Assembly (NCBI GenBank): GCA_018700535.1
Contig: JABITQ010000043.1
Coordinates: 1 to 50,301, forward strand
DNA length: 50,301 nucleotides
Direction: 5' to 3'
Origin: Candidatus Uhrbacteria bacterium
GTDB taxonomy: Bacteria > Patescibacteriota > Patescibacteriia > UBA9934 > GWF2-40-263
The notes under the pieces are model-generated. The model did no database searches and had not been told where the DNA came from. It was given only the letters and a program-made list of their open reading frames with translations. This document shows positions 1 through 7,267 of this stretch, in pieces (the first letter of the stretch is position 1; every line of letters begins with the position of its first letter). The position numbers and the translations under genes are program-made.

Positions 1-3
1 ATT

Positions 4-408
4 GTGGTCGAGGCTGAGGAGTCTCGTTACGATGATGTTCCATTAACGATTGCAAAAGATTGGTCAAAAGAAGAAGCGGCTGCGCATGCGATTAAATTGC
101 TCGAGATTCAAAATGGTATTGATGCTGTGTTGGTTGCCCACGAGCTAGCCGCGTGGTCAGAGCGTGTGCTAAAAGCCAGACCAGAGATTCCATTGTTTAT
201 TGCTGCGGCAACAGATCGTGAAGCAAGGCAAACATCATTGCACTGGGCAGCCACAAGCTTTGTGCTTAAAGGACAAAATGAAAAAACATTTTTGCGTCGC
301 GCGATCAAAAAACTTCGTGACACACGGTTGATCAAAAAAGGAATGCGACTTGCGGTGGTGATGGGGGGATCGCACGGGGAAGGGTTTGATGTCGTGACTG
401 TTGAATAG
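4..408 (+). CDS. pyk: pyruvate kinase, C-terminal alpha/beta (PK_C) domain; 5' part outside window
   Basis: ORF open to the left edge. ARPEIPLFIAAATDREARQTSLHW...KKGMRLAVVMGG...DVVTVE follows the PK_C layout (RP..PI.A.T...ARQ..L.WGV ... GD.VV..G). Terminator follows. Confidence 0.55.
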   Translation: MVEAEESRYDDVPLTIAKDWSKEEAAAHAIKLLEIQNGIDAVLVAHELAAWSERVLKARPEIPLFIAAATDREARQTSLHWAATSFVLKGQNEKTFLRRAIKKLRDTRLIKKGMRLAVVMGGSHGEGFDVVTVE

Positions 409-421
409 CACAATCAAAATA

Positions 422-453
422 CCCGCTGACCAGAGATGGTCAGCGGGCTTTTT
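422..453. terminator. intrinsic terminator hairpin, usable in both directions
   Basis: cccgctgacc/ggtcagcggg 10-bp stem, 6-nt loop, then TTTTT. An A/T-rich run on the other side serves convergent gene 465-860. Confidence 0.8.
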
Positions 454-464
454 CGTTCGACGAT

Positions 465-860
465 CTAGTTGATGTCGAGATCTGTGTCTTCTTCGGCCAT
501 GTCAGCAGCAGCATCGATCTCTGCTGCAGCAAGTCTCTCCTGGAGAGCTTGTTCGGCTGTGCTCATCTCCCTGATGGAGCCGAACTTTCGCCAGTCGATG
601 CCATGCAGGTTGAGTTGCAGTGCGAACGTTCCGATCGCATGCCGGCTTTCGCGCGGGATGCTGTTGAATGCGTCAGTCCTGTTCTGCTTGGACGTTTTTT
701 CTGTTGCCAGGTAGTGGGTTGCCACCTCCTGACATGCTTGGATGGCGCTGACGCCATCGAGCGCTGGATCCGGCGTGCTGGTCTGGGGACCTGGCATGAT
801 GCCTGTCCGCGTCTGTGCACTGGAAGCCGGGGTTGGTGTCTGCGAGTGAGTTCGGTTCAC
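465..860 (-). CDS. hypothetical protein (start uncertain)
   Basis: Track ORF 465-971, but promoter 943-971 lies inside its 5' end. First plausible start downstream of the TSS is GTG 860 with GGAG 8 nt upstream. No recognisable domain. Confidence 0.4.
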   Translation of the reverse strand: MNRTHSQTPTPASSAQTRTGIMPGPQTSTPDPALDGVSAIQACQEVATHYLATEKTSKQNRTDAFNSIPRESRHAIGTFALQLNLHGIDWRKFGSIREMSTAEQALQERLAAAEIDAAADMAEEDTDLDIN

Positions 861-942
861 TGTGTCTTCTCCGCTTATATAGAGGGTCAGATGGAATAGG
901 TGGGATCGGATTAGCCCCTCTGTACTAATCACGATATTCGGG

Positions 943-971
943 ATACTAGCCATATATTGGGGTTTTGTCAA
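943..971 (-). promoter_or_regulatory. sigma-70-type promoter TTGACA-N17-TAGTAT
   Basis: Minus strand reads TTGACAaaaccccaatatatggcTAGTAT with an exact 17-nt spacer. Confidence 0.55.
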
Positions 972-985
972 GCGTTTCTGTGTAT

Positions 986-1012
986 GAAAAAAGAGGCCGA
1001 ATGGACCTCTTT
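986..1012 (-). terminator. intrinsic terminator of the 1027-1524 gene
   Basis: agaggcc/ggacctct stem with one bulge, followed on the minus strand by a T6 run. Confidence 0.7.
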
Positions 1013-1026
1013 AACATTGTTGAAGA

Positions 1027-1524
1027 TTATGGATTCAACAAGACTTGCTCACTACTTGTCTCATTTGTGCCAAAGCGTTCAACACCAGTCGACTTAATCA
1101 GCTCTGTTTCAGATACATACCACTTCTCACATCGTGGAGAAATACATGCTTGAAGGACAATATGATACTCAGTCTCTGGTTCGAGTCCTGTGATATCCAA
1201 GGCAAAACGATCATGGTTTCCAGACTCTGCAATCGACTTCTCAGTTAATGGATCTGTGATTGTAAGGACAAAGTGATTGTACTCTCGCTCAGGTGCCTGC
1301 CACTGAATGCGGAATGCGGTTGACGAGCCAAAGACTTCGCCGTCAACTTCTTGCTCGCGGAAAAGCGATGTGCTCATCCCGCCATCAAAAGATTTTTTTG
1401 CTCCTTCGTAAATTTCAGTATGGACTTTTCCTGTCGCGTCGACACCTGTGTTTTGAGTTTGGTAAAACAGCACACCCGCTCCTGCCAACAGACCAAGGAT
1501 CAGTATAGATATTGCGTATTTCAT
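1027..1524 (-). CDS. secreted or membrane-anchored protein with fibronectin-III-like domain
   Basis: Start taken at MKYAISILILGLLAGAGVLF (hydrophobic N-terminus). FRIQWQAPEREYNHFVLTI...GLEPETEYHIVLQAC resembles an FN3 fold signature. Confidence 0.6.
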   Translation of the reverse strand: MKYAISILILGLLAGAGVLFYQTQNTGVDATGKVHTEIYEGAKKSFDGGMSTSLFREQEVDGEVFGSSTAFRIQWQAPEREYNHFVLTITDPLTEKSIAESGNHDRFALDITGLEPETEYHIVLQACISPRCEKWYVSETELIKSTGVERFGTNETSSEQVLLNP

Positions 1525-1532
1525 ATAAAAAG

Positions 1533-1541
1533 ATTCTAGCA
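1533..1541 (-). promoter_or_regulatory. extended -10 promoter (TGcTAGAAT) placed 8 nt before the ATG (leaderless candidate)
   Basis: Minus strand reads TGCTAGAAT-ctttttat-ATG. No Shine-Dalgarno sequence is possible. Confidence 0.45.
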
Positions 1542-1564
1542 TAAAACAAAGGAGAATGTTGGGT

Positions 1565-1856
1565 AAAAGAAATGACCGCCCGTACATCGTTGTACAGGCG
1601 GTCGGATAAGGGGTTCGCTCATTAAGTGTGTTGATCAGGTCACACTCCTATCGTGTTGCCGGTAGACGCCGGACATCTCTTTCCCGCTAGCAAGTACGGG
1701 GGATCTAGAGGTGTTTCTTGAGCCGGGTGGTCACTCTCCACTTAGCTGTCAACGACCGTTCAGCAAAACGAGCCGTTTCGAAACAATAGGGCTGCCGTAA
1801 GCCTTTCTTGGTGACAATGCCACCACACGAATACTGGTCTCAGATGAGCGAACCAG
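1565..1856 (-). ncRNA. candidate structured ncRNA, family unknown
   Basis: ORF-free unit. Promoter 1863-1891; 11-bp closing helix ggttcgctcat (1612-1622) / atgagcgaacc (1844-1854) enclosing ~220 nt with several local hairpins; then terminator hairpin 1574-1603 plus U-tract. Confidence 0.45.
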
Positions 1857-1862
1857 ATTGAG

Positions 1863-1891
1863 AGACTAATACAGACAGGTGATCAAGTCAA
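1863..1891 (-). promoter_or_regulatory. promoter TTGACT-N17-TAGTCT for the candidate ncRNA
   Basis: Exact 17-nt spacer. Predicted TSS falls 1-3 nt before the 5' strand of the closing helix. Confidence 0.5.
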
Positions 1892-2173
1892 CTATGTTGT
1901 GATCAGTAAGTCCAAATCAATACCCATCATTTCGAAGCGATCTGTGATGAGCTTTTTGGCGTCGAGCAAGCCTTTGTTGTAGATGTGCTTCTCGAGCATT
2001 TGTAAATGAAAAGTCAAAATATCCTCAGCAGCCATCATGCCGAGGTCTAGGTCGTGCTCTTTTTTGAAAAACGTTTGAATGCGTTTGGTGGCTTCGGTTC
2101 GTTGTTCGTCTGTAAGAACGTTGAGTCCTCTTTTTTGCTTGGCGATAGTGGCGGGGTTAGAAGTGATTGATGT
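1892..2173 (-). CDS. DUF2164-like small protein; open frame with no canonical start codon
   Basis: Not in the ORF track. Stop-to-stop frame reads ...LTDEQRTEATKRIQTFFKKEHDLDLGMMAAEDILTFHLQMLEKHIYNKGLLDAKKLI... (DUF2164 pattern). No ATG/GTG/TTG upstream of the conserved part. In frame with the TAA of the upstream gene. Confidence 0.55.
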   Translation of the reverse strand, partial: TSITSNPATIAKQKRGLNVLTDEQRTEATKRIQTFFKKEHDLDLGMMAAEDILTFHLQMLEKHIYNKGLLDAKKLITDRFEMMGIDLDLLITT

Positions 2174-3055
2174 TTATTTTAAATCCTGATGCCACTTGGC
2201 AATCTCTGATCCAATCAAGTGAGGGTTGTCCTCTTGGATAAAGTGGATGCCGTCGCCAATGTTGACGTGGGTGAGATTTTTGAAGTTCTCAACAATATAA
2301 TCCGCGTTTGCCTTTTGGATGATCGCTCCTGGGTTGGCGGAGAAGAAGAGTTTTGGGAGGTCTGTTTGGTGGAGCCATTCGCTGTAGGCTTGGATGATGT
2401 TGAACGAGTGTGCTGGCTTGCCATCGATAGGGACTTCCTTTGGCCAGATCATAACCGGCTTTCTACTAGCGATCGTTGGGAACGGAGCTTTGTAATGATC
2501 GAATTCTGTTTTGGTTAATTTCCGTACAATCGTATCGGGAACCATTTTTTTGACGAACATGTTTGCGACGCTGATCATAAGCCATCCAAAGAGTTTTGAT
2601 CGCATCATCAAGAACGAATACTTTAAGCTCTTTGGCATCTCGCTTGAGACCATTGGCTTGTACATCGCTTCCATAAACGCGATGCCTTTCACATTGTCCT
2701 GATGCTCGTGCGCATAACGGAACCCAAGTCCAGACCCCCAGTCGTGGATCACAAGGGTGATGTTTTTAAGCCCCAGCTTCTCAATAAATTTCACAAGATA
2801 ATCGTAGTGATCGTCGTATGTGTAGTCGATGTCAGGCTTGTCAGATTTTCCCATGCCGATCAGGTCTGGGGCAATGCATCTGCCTTGGTTTTGCACATGA
2901 GGAATAATGTTTCGCCACAGATAAGACGATGTTGGGTTCCCGTGCAAAAAGAGAACAGGGTCTCCATCGCCCACATCGATGTAATGCATCTTGGAGCCGT
3001 TCACCTCAAGATAATGTGACTCAAAAGGAAAGTCTGCTGAGATATCTTTGTTCAT
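2174..3055 (-). CDS. haloalkane dehalogenase-type alpha/beta hydrolase (HLD-II / DhaA / Renilla-luciferase-like)
   Basis: LFLHGNPTSSYLWRNIIPH; nucleophile elbow VIHDWGSGLG; FMEAM acid; C-terminal GIHFIQEDNP histidine. Start taken at ATG 3055 (MNKDIS); GTG 3073 is also possible. Confidence 0.85.
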   Translation of the reverse strand: MNKDISADFPFESHYLEVNGSKMHYIDVGDGDPVLFLHGNPTSSYLWRNIIPHVQNQGRCIAPDLIGMGKSDKPDIDYTYDDHYDYLVKFIEKLGLKNITLVIHDWGSGLGFRYAHEHQDNVKGIAFMEAMYKPMVSSEMPKSLKYSFLMMRSKLFGWLMISVANMFVKKMVPDTIVRKLTKTEFDHYKAPFPTIASRKPVMIWPKEVPIDGKPAHSFNIIQAYSEWLHQTDLPKLFFSANPGAIIQKANADYIVENFKNLTHVNIGDGIHFIQEDNPHLIGSEIAKWHQDLK

Positions 3056-3097
3056 ATACACAGAGTGTATCACGTTAGATCGCTCATTTGATCTTTA

Positions 3098-3126
3098 TTG
3101 ACACCCGATACTTATCTTGGTAGTTT
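3098..3126 (+). promoter_or_regulatory. promoter TTGACA-N17-TAGTTT
   Basis: TTGACAcccgatacttatcttggTAGTTT, about 40 nt upstream of ATG 3169. Confidence 0.55.
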
Positions 3127-3168
3127 TTACCCTTCATCAGTTTTGGTGAAGAGCACAAGGGGTACAGT

Positions 3169-3768
3169 ATGAAAAGGTTGAGTATCCATTTTTCGTTTCT
3201 CCTGAGTCCAGGTGTGTTTGGTATGAGGCCTGAGGAATGGGCTTCTGCGAGCGATTGGAAGGATGGAGAGATGAGTTGGAAGAATGTACAAGTCCAGCTT
3301 GGTGTCAGACCTAGCACAGGAAAGGACGATGACGATCTGATACCAGCTGTCTCACATCAGAAGTGTCCCGAGGGTCTCTGGGTGAGGTTCGACAAGCCGC
3401 TCGAGTTCGACATGCGAACGGGGGAGTTTGGTGGGTTGGACAAGCTCAGGAGTCTTCAATCGGTCAATGGTTGTGAACGATGGACTCTTGCTGTGAGGTC
3501 GGGTGCAATCATTCTCGATGATCGTGGGCTTCTGAGGCGGAAGGATGAGAGAAAAGATGATCATGAGACACATATTCGTCCGGTTTCAGGTTCACGGGGA
3601 TGTCTGGAGTGGGAGGTCGAGGTCGCTAGCATTCGCGAAAACATGCATCCAAAGGGGCTGTTTGAATTGAACCAAAGGGCATTCTTTGGTGCCATTCACG
3701 CGGATGTAGAGACGTGGAATGGGGGCTGCACAATTGCGTGGAGGGAATCTCCAGTATCAAAGTCTTGA
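3169..3768 (+). CDS. hypothetical protein
   Basis: 199-aa ORF with its own promoter and a purine-rich stretch before the ATG. No recognisable domain. Confidence 0.5.
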   Translation: MKRLSIHFSFLLSPGVFGMRPEEWASASDWKDGEMSWKNVQVQLGVRPSTGKDDDDLIPAVSHQKCPEGLWVRFDKPLEFDMRTGEFGGLDKLRSLQSVNGCERWTLAVRSGAIILDDRGLLRRKDERKDDHETHIRPVSGSRGCLEWEVEVASIRENMHPKGLFELNQRAFFGAIHADVETWNGGCTIAWRESPVSKS

Positions 3769-3879
3769 ACACGCTCGCGCTCTGTCTCTCATGACAGGGC
3801 GCAATTTGTTTTCAGGTATTCCGCAATTGACAGGATTGCAAAAAAGCTGCAAGTTAACTCAGCACTTATTGGAGGCGGC

Positions 3880-4449
3880 ATGGTGGCTTGCATCAAGTAT
3901 GATTCGGAGATCCAGGCTCTTGCAGCATGTGATCGGAACAGTGCTTTCGAGCTGATGGTAAATAGATATCAGGAGCTCTTGTTTGCTCGCGCATGTTTCA
4001 TTACGAAAGATACTTCTGTTGCCGAGGAGATTGTCCAAGATACGTTCTTGAAGGCAATGAGGGAGACTCGAATCTTCGAACCCGATTTTCGTATCAAAGG
4101 GTGGTTGCAAAAGGTGTGTTTATTCGCGGCTTACAATCATGTTCGAGACAGAAAATCGCGCGCTGACATTCTCGATTGCAACAAACCACAACACTACTCA
4201 CCTGCGGCGCAGGCGAGTAGGGCGAACAACAAACGACGTTCAGAAATGCTCGAGATTTTCCTTAGTCAACTAAGCGAAAATCACAGAGCAGTCCTAGAGC
4301 TCTATTATTGGATGGGGCTTGAGCACAACGAGATTGCAGTAATTCTGGATATCAAACTTGGAACGGTGTGTTCACGACTTGGTCGTGCAAGAGCACGACT
4401 TCGTCATGTGTGCGAAGGAGACCGTGAGTTTCTCTTGTCCTCTATCTAG
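3880..4449 (+). CDS. RNA polymerase sigma factor, ECF (sigma-70 group IV) family
   Basis: Region 2 (EEIVQDTFLKAMRE...WLQKVCLFAAYNHVRDRK) and region 4 HTH (LSENHRAVLELYYWMGLEHNEIAVILDIKLGTVCSRLGRARARLR). GGAGG 5 nt before the ATG. Confidence 0.9.
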   Translation: MVACIKYDSEIQALAACDRNSAFELMVNRYQELLFARACFITKDTSVAEEIVQDTFLKAMRETRIFEPDFRIKGWLQKVCLFAAYNHVRDRKSRADILDCNKPQHYSPAAQASRANNKRRSEMLEIFLSQLSENHRAVLELYYWMGLEHNEIAVILDIKLGTVCSRLGRARARLRHVCEGDREFLLSSI

Positions 4450-4483
4450 AAAGACTGAATGGTACCTTGTGCCATATAAACGC

Positions 4484-4517
4484 AGACGCACTTAACGACA
4501 GGTGCGTCTTTTCGTTT
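4484..4517 (+). terminator. intrinsic terminator after the ECF sigma gene
   Basis: agacgcac/gtgcgtct stem followed by TTTCGTTT. Confidence 0.75.
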
Positions 4518-4543
4518 GCTGAATATTTTGAACCCACACAGTC

Positions 4544-4572
4544 TTGACAGCAGGATCGATTTTCAATACTCT
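4544..4572 (+). promoter_or_regulatory. promoter TTGACA-N17-TACTCT
   Basis: TTGACAgcaggatcgattttcaaTACTCT. It lies inside the 5' end of track ORF 4516-4953 and argues for the later start at 4603. Confidence 0.5.
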
Positions 4573-4602
4573 TGCGGGTCTCCAATTAGAAGGTGGATAC
4601 AA

Positions 4603-4953
4603 ATGAGGATTGCTTTAGAAGCGCTTCGTAAGATCGGGTGGGTTTTCAGGGTTTGTCTTGGGTGGATGAAGAGCGAGAAGCATTTTGAAAAACGAATGCT
4701 CGTTGAAAAGAAGGGGTGGCACATTTGTGATCACCCGTCAGAAAACTTCTTTCTCAAGACAAGGTGCGGATGGGGGACGATCGAGAATGATATCCTCTGC
4801 TTGGGTGTTGGAGTCAAAGGTGGAGTCTATTTGTACACGGGGCGAAACGTGTTCAAGCTTCATCGAAGCGCTGATCCTTTTGTGCAAGGCATTGTTATGG
4901 AGATGATGCACGCAAGAGGAATCGAACCTCCCGCCACAATGACGAAACCATAA
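4603..4953 (+). CDS. hypothetical protein whose last ~15 codons are antisense to a tRNA remnant
   Basis: ATG 4603 preceded by GAAGGTGGA. No domain recognised. The C-terminus ...MMHARGIEPPATMTKP is encoded by the tRNA-like fragment. Confidence 0.4.
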   Translation: MRIALEALRKIGWVFRVCLGWMKSEKHFEKRMLVEKKGWHICDHPSENFFLKTRCGWGTIENDILCLGVGVKGGVYLYTGRNVFKLHRSADPFVQGIVMEMMHARGIEPPATMTKP

Positions 4954-4955
4954 CG
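4907..4955 (-). pseudogene. tRNA 3'-half remnant (anticodon-arm-like + T arm + 3' acceptor strand; no 5' half)
   Basis: Minus strand reads ...GGTTTCGTCATTGTGGCG-GGAGG-TTCGATT-CCTCT-TGCGTGC-A. Canonical T-loop with a 5-bp stem. No complementary GCACGCA 5' acceptor strand and no D arm upstream. Confidence 0.55.
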
Positions 4956-4990
4956 GGTTTCAGATGTGTGACGGGTGGTTTTTTTGTTTC

Positions 4991-5018
4991 CGACGCTAGA
5001 CGTCGACGTCTAGCGTCG
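4991..5018. repeat. 28-nt perfect palindrome, probable terminator of 4603-4953
   Basis: cgacgctagacgtc|gacgtctagcgtcg, flanked by a T-rich run on the left and ATTTTGTTTGTTT on the right. Confidence 0.75.
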
Positions 5019-5030
5019 ATTTTGTTTGTT

Positions 5031-5083
5031 TGAAAAATAAAACGCCCACCAGATGAGCCAGAAGGAGGCTTGTGGTGGGGCGT
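5031..5083 (-). terminator. intrinsic terminator of 5106-5399
   Basis: acgcccacc/ggtggggcgt stem with one bulge, then TTTTATTTTT on the minus strand. Confidence 0.6.
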
Positions 5084-5105
5084 GAGCGAGTGGCTGTTTG
5101 ATGTG

Positions 5106-5399
5106 TCAGCACACGGGCTTTGTTTCATAGCCTCTAGCTGCAACAATGGGGGCAAAGAATTCCTTCATCAACCGATGTTCTTGTGGGTTTGCTTGAGCGC
5201 TGATGTACTTGTTGTCATGTTCGGCATAACAAACAACTCTGTGCTCTTCAAGGTGTTGCATGACGCGTTTTGCAAAATCGATTTCGTAACCAGTCTGCGT
5301 GCATATCTCTTCGAGCGAGAGACCAAAGGCTGGTCCGTTGTAGATCAGGTCGCCGATGACTGTGGCTGCAGTTTCGAGTGTGGTGGTATCTTTACTCAT
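5106..5399 (-). CDS. small winged-helix-like DNA-binding protein (tentative)
   Basis: 97 aa with GGAGG 5 nt before the ATG. LSLEEICTQTGYEIDFAKRVMQHLEEHRVV looks like a wHTH recognition unit. Confidence 0.45.
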   Translation of the reverse strand: MSKDTTTLETAATVIGDLIYNGPAFGLSLEEICTQTGYEIDFAKRVMQHLEEHRVVCYAEHDNKYISAQANPQEHRLMKEFFAPIVAARGYETKPVC

Positions 5400-5542
5400 T
5401 AGTCCTCCGTATCTGTAATATACATTTTGTTTTGCAAGAAAACAAACACTTCTTGATGATTAGATTGGAGTTTTTACCCCACTTGTTATTTTGCACAAGA
5501 CCTTCTAAGGTGCATCTGGATGTATTAAATCTGGAGTTTCAA

Positions 5543-6127
5543 ATGGATACTATCCCCCTGAGTCGCTGGCAACGGATTCAAGGTCGTGCGGCTACGTTTC
5601 TGCTCGGTGTGCTTTTTCCACGGAATCTGAGAAGGCGGGGCTCTGATGCAGATAGGCGAGATGCTGATTTCTCTGCCGGGTTCAAGGAAGATAATGAGGC
5701 GCTGAGGCGGCTTGTAGATCGTCTGGACCCAGAGGTTCGTGCGCTGCTCAACGGTTTCACGACAGGACATGTGTTCGATGCGCTGGAGGCGGTCTCTCTG
5801 TGGCTTGATGAGGAGTTGAGCCACAATCTAGCAAATCACGCTCTTCTGAGTATTGATGGCGATGCGTCGGTCGGTGCCACAAAAGAGATCTCTCGATTGT
5901 TGCTTGGCTTGGAAATAGCCCAGTTCACCAACTTGCGGGCAGATGATTCCGATGAGAAGCGGCCTGATCCGCGTCTCGGACAACTGCTTTTGTGGATGTT
6001 CCATGCTGGCAGAGTCGAACCGCGATTGTTCCCACATCTGTCTGTGAGGTCCAGTACCGACAATCATTTGGTGCTTGTGCGACATTCAGGTCGTGAGCCT
6101 GCGCATGAGCGTTGGTTGTCGCACTAG
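5543..6127 (+). CDS. hypothetical protein
   Basis: Start moved to ATG 5543 (GGAG 8 nt upstream; MDTIPLSRW...). The longer track ORF start overlaps the divergent gene. No domain recognised. Confidence 0.45.
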   Translation: MDTIPLSRWQRIQGRAATFLLGVLFPRNLRRRGSDADRRDADFSAGFKEDNEALRRLVDRLDPEVRALLNGFTTGHVFDALEAVSLWLDEELSHNLANHALLSIDGDASVGATKEISRLLLGLEIAQFTNLRADDSDEKRPDPRLGQLLLWMFHAGRVEPRLFPHLSVRSSTDNHLVLVRHSGREPAHERWLSH

Positions 6128-6228
6128 AACACTCTTACGTTTTGGCTCAGTTGGCTGAGTCAGGTCTACACCGCACCTTGGTCTCAAGGGCGGTATTTTT
6201 GTTTCTCGTTTTAAAATTCGGTCACTAT

Positions 6229-6804
6229 CTAAAGCGTGTCTTTTGGAAGCACAAGAACGTAGATTGCGCTAGCAAGGCAGAACAGTGATGCGACGATGAA
6301 TAGCGCATCGAATCCAAAGGTGCTCGCGATGTACCCACCAAGGAGTGCTCCGACAACGGCTGTGAAGTAGCTCATGGATTCCCAAAAACCCCATTGTCTT
6401 CCGGCTTCGTTTTTTGTGAGGTGTTTTGAATAGACAGCGTCGTAGCTTGGTGAGTAGATAGCTTCACCAAAACCGATGATTCCTTGAACGAGCAAAAGCA
6501 TCCAAATGGATTGAACAAAGGTCAGTAGGAAAAAACCTGATCCAAAAATAATGTATCCAAGCGCTACGATTCGTTCTGGGTGCTTAACTTTGTCTGTGTA
6601 AGAGCCTGATACCAAAACGGTAATCCCGGCAACGAGTGCGAACGCGGCACCTGCATATGAGGCGTCTAAAAGTGAGCCGCCAATTTCTTCGATAAACAAA
6701 GCATAGATAGGACCAATCATTGCTGCCGCCATCAAGATCAGACCATTGGTTGCAAGTAAAATCTTAATCGGTTTGTTTAAAATCTTTTTGTGTTGAACAA
6801 GCAT
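6229..6804 (-). CDS. half-size (6-TM) MFS-like transporter
   Basis: Six hydrophobic segments. The loop GSYTDKVKHPERIV resembles MFS motif A. Only 191 aa. Confidence 0.55.
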   Translation of the reverse strand: MLVQHKKILNKPIKILLATNGLILMAAAMIGPIYALFIEEIGGSLLDASYAGAAFALVAGITVLVSGSYTDKVKHPERIVALGYIIFGSGFFLLTFVQSIWMLLLVQGIIGFGEAIYSPSYDAVYSKHLTKNEAGRQWGFWESMSYFTAVVGALLGGYIASTFGFDALFIVASLFCLASAIYVLVLPKDTL

Positions 6805-6923
6805 GGGTGGATATTAGAAACTTAGTAAAGAATGGGCTGAGCACCTCAATATTCTAATTATATCAAATTACTCAAAAACACCGATTATTCGGTGTTTTTA
6901 CGTTATCTGCGTAGGTACATAGG

Positions 6924-6952
6924 TTGACAAAAGGCCCATTTTATGGTATATT
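6924..6952 (+). promoter_or_regulatory. promoter TTGACA-N17-TATATT (near-identical cassette at 19736-19764)
   Basis: TTGACAaaaggcccattttatggTATATT. Confidence 0.65.
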
Positions 6953-6958
6953 TTCGCG

Positions 6959-7226
6959 TAAATCTTGAAAAATATTCACCTATGTTTCTGGATAATGCGG
7001 AAGAATCTCTGCAAGAGCTCAGAAGGTTTCATCCTTCTGGTCTGCTGTGGAGAATGATGATGATTGCACGAGGAGTGGTTTTCGTGTGAGAGAATAATTG
7101 GGCAAATGCCCGTAGACATTCCGTCATGCGGAGCACTGACCTGGTGAGGCATTCACAAAAGCGAGACCTCCTGCGGATATGCGAACCATTGCTGGTTCAA
7201 ATATCTGCGGGAGGTTGTTTTGTTTT
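6959..7226 (+). ncRNA. orphan promoter-to-terminator unit: candidate sRNA, or mRNA for a 35-aa peptide
   Basis: Strong promoter and a 15-bp terminator stem at 7166-7215 (two G.U pairs that only work on the plus strand) plus a U-tract. Only a 35-codon ATG ORF (6982-7089) without SD. Several internal hairpins. Confidence 0.45.
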
Positions 7227-7267
7227 AATCACAAAACCCCCACAAAAATGTGGGGGTTTATATCGCT

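Noticed and set aside
1612-1854. Assignment of the candidate ncRNA as RNase P RNA (also considered: SRP, tmRNA, cobalamin riboswitch, T-box)
   Set aside because: Only loose resemblances were found (GGGAAAGAGAUGUCCGG versus GGAAAGUCCGG; AGAAAGGCUUACGG versus CR-V). They occur in the wrong 5'-3' order, and the RNA is ~100 nt shorter than bacterial RNase P. No SRP GGAA/AGCA motif and no B12 box at the proper spacing. Left as unknown family.
3827-3855. TTGACA-N17-CAAGTT as the promoter of the ECF sigma gene
   Set aside because: The -35 element and spacing are good, but the -10 lacks the invariant TA...T, so it was not listed as a feature. The gene may be read from elsewhere or be autoregulated by an ECF-type promoter I cannot recognise.
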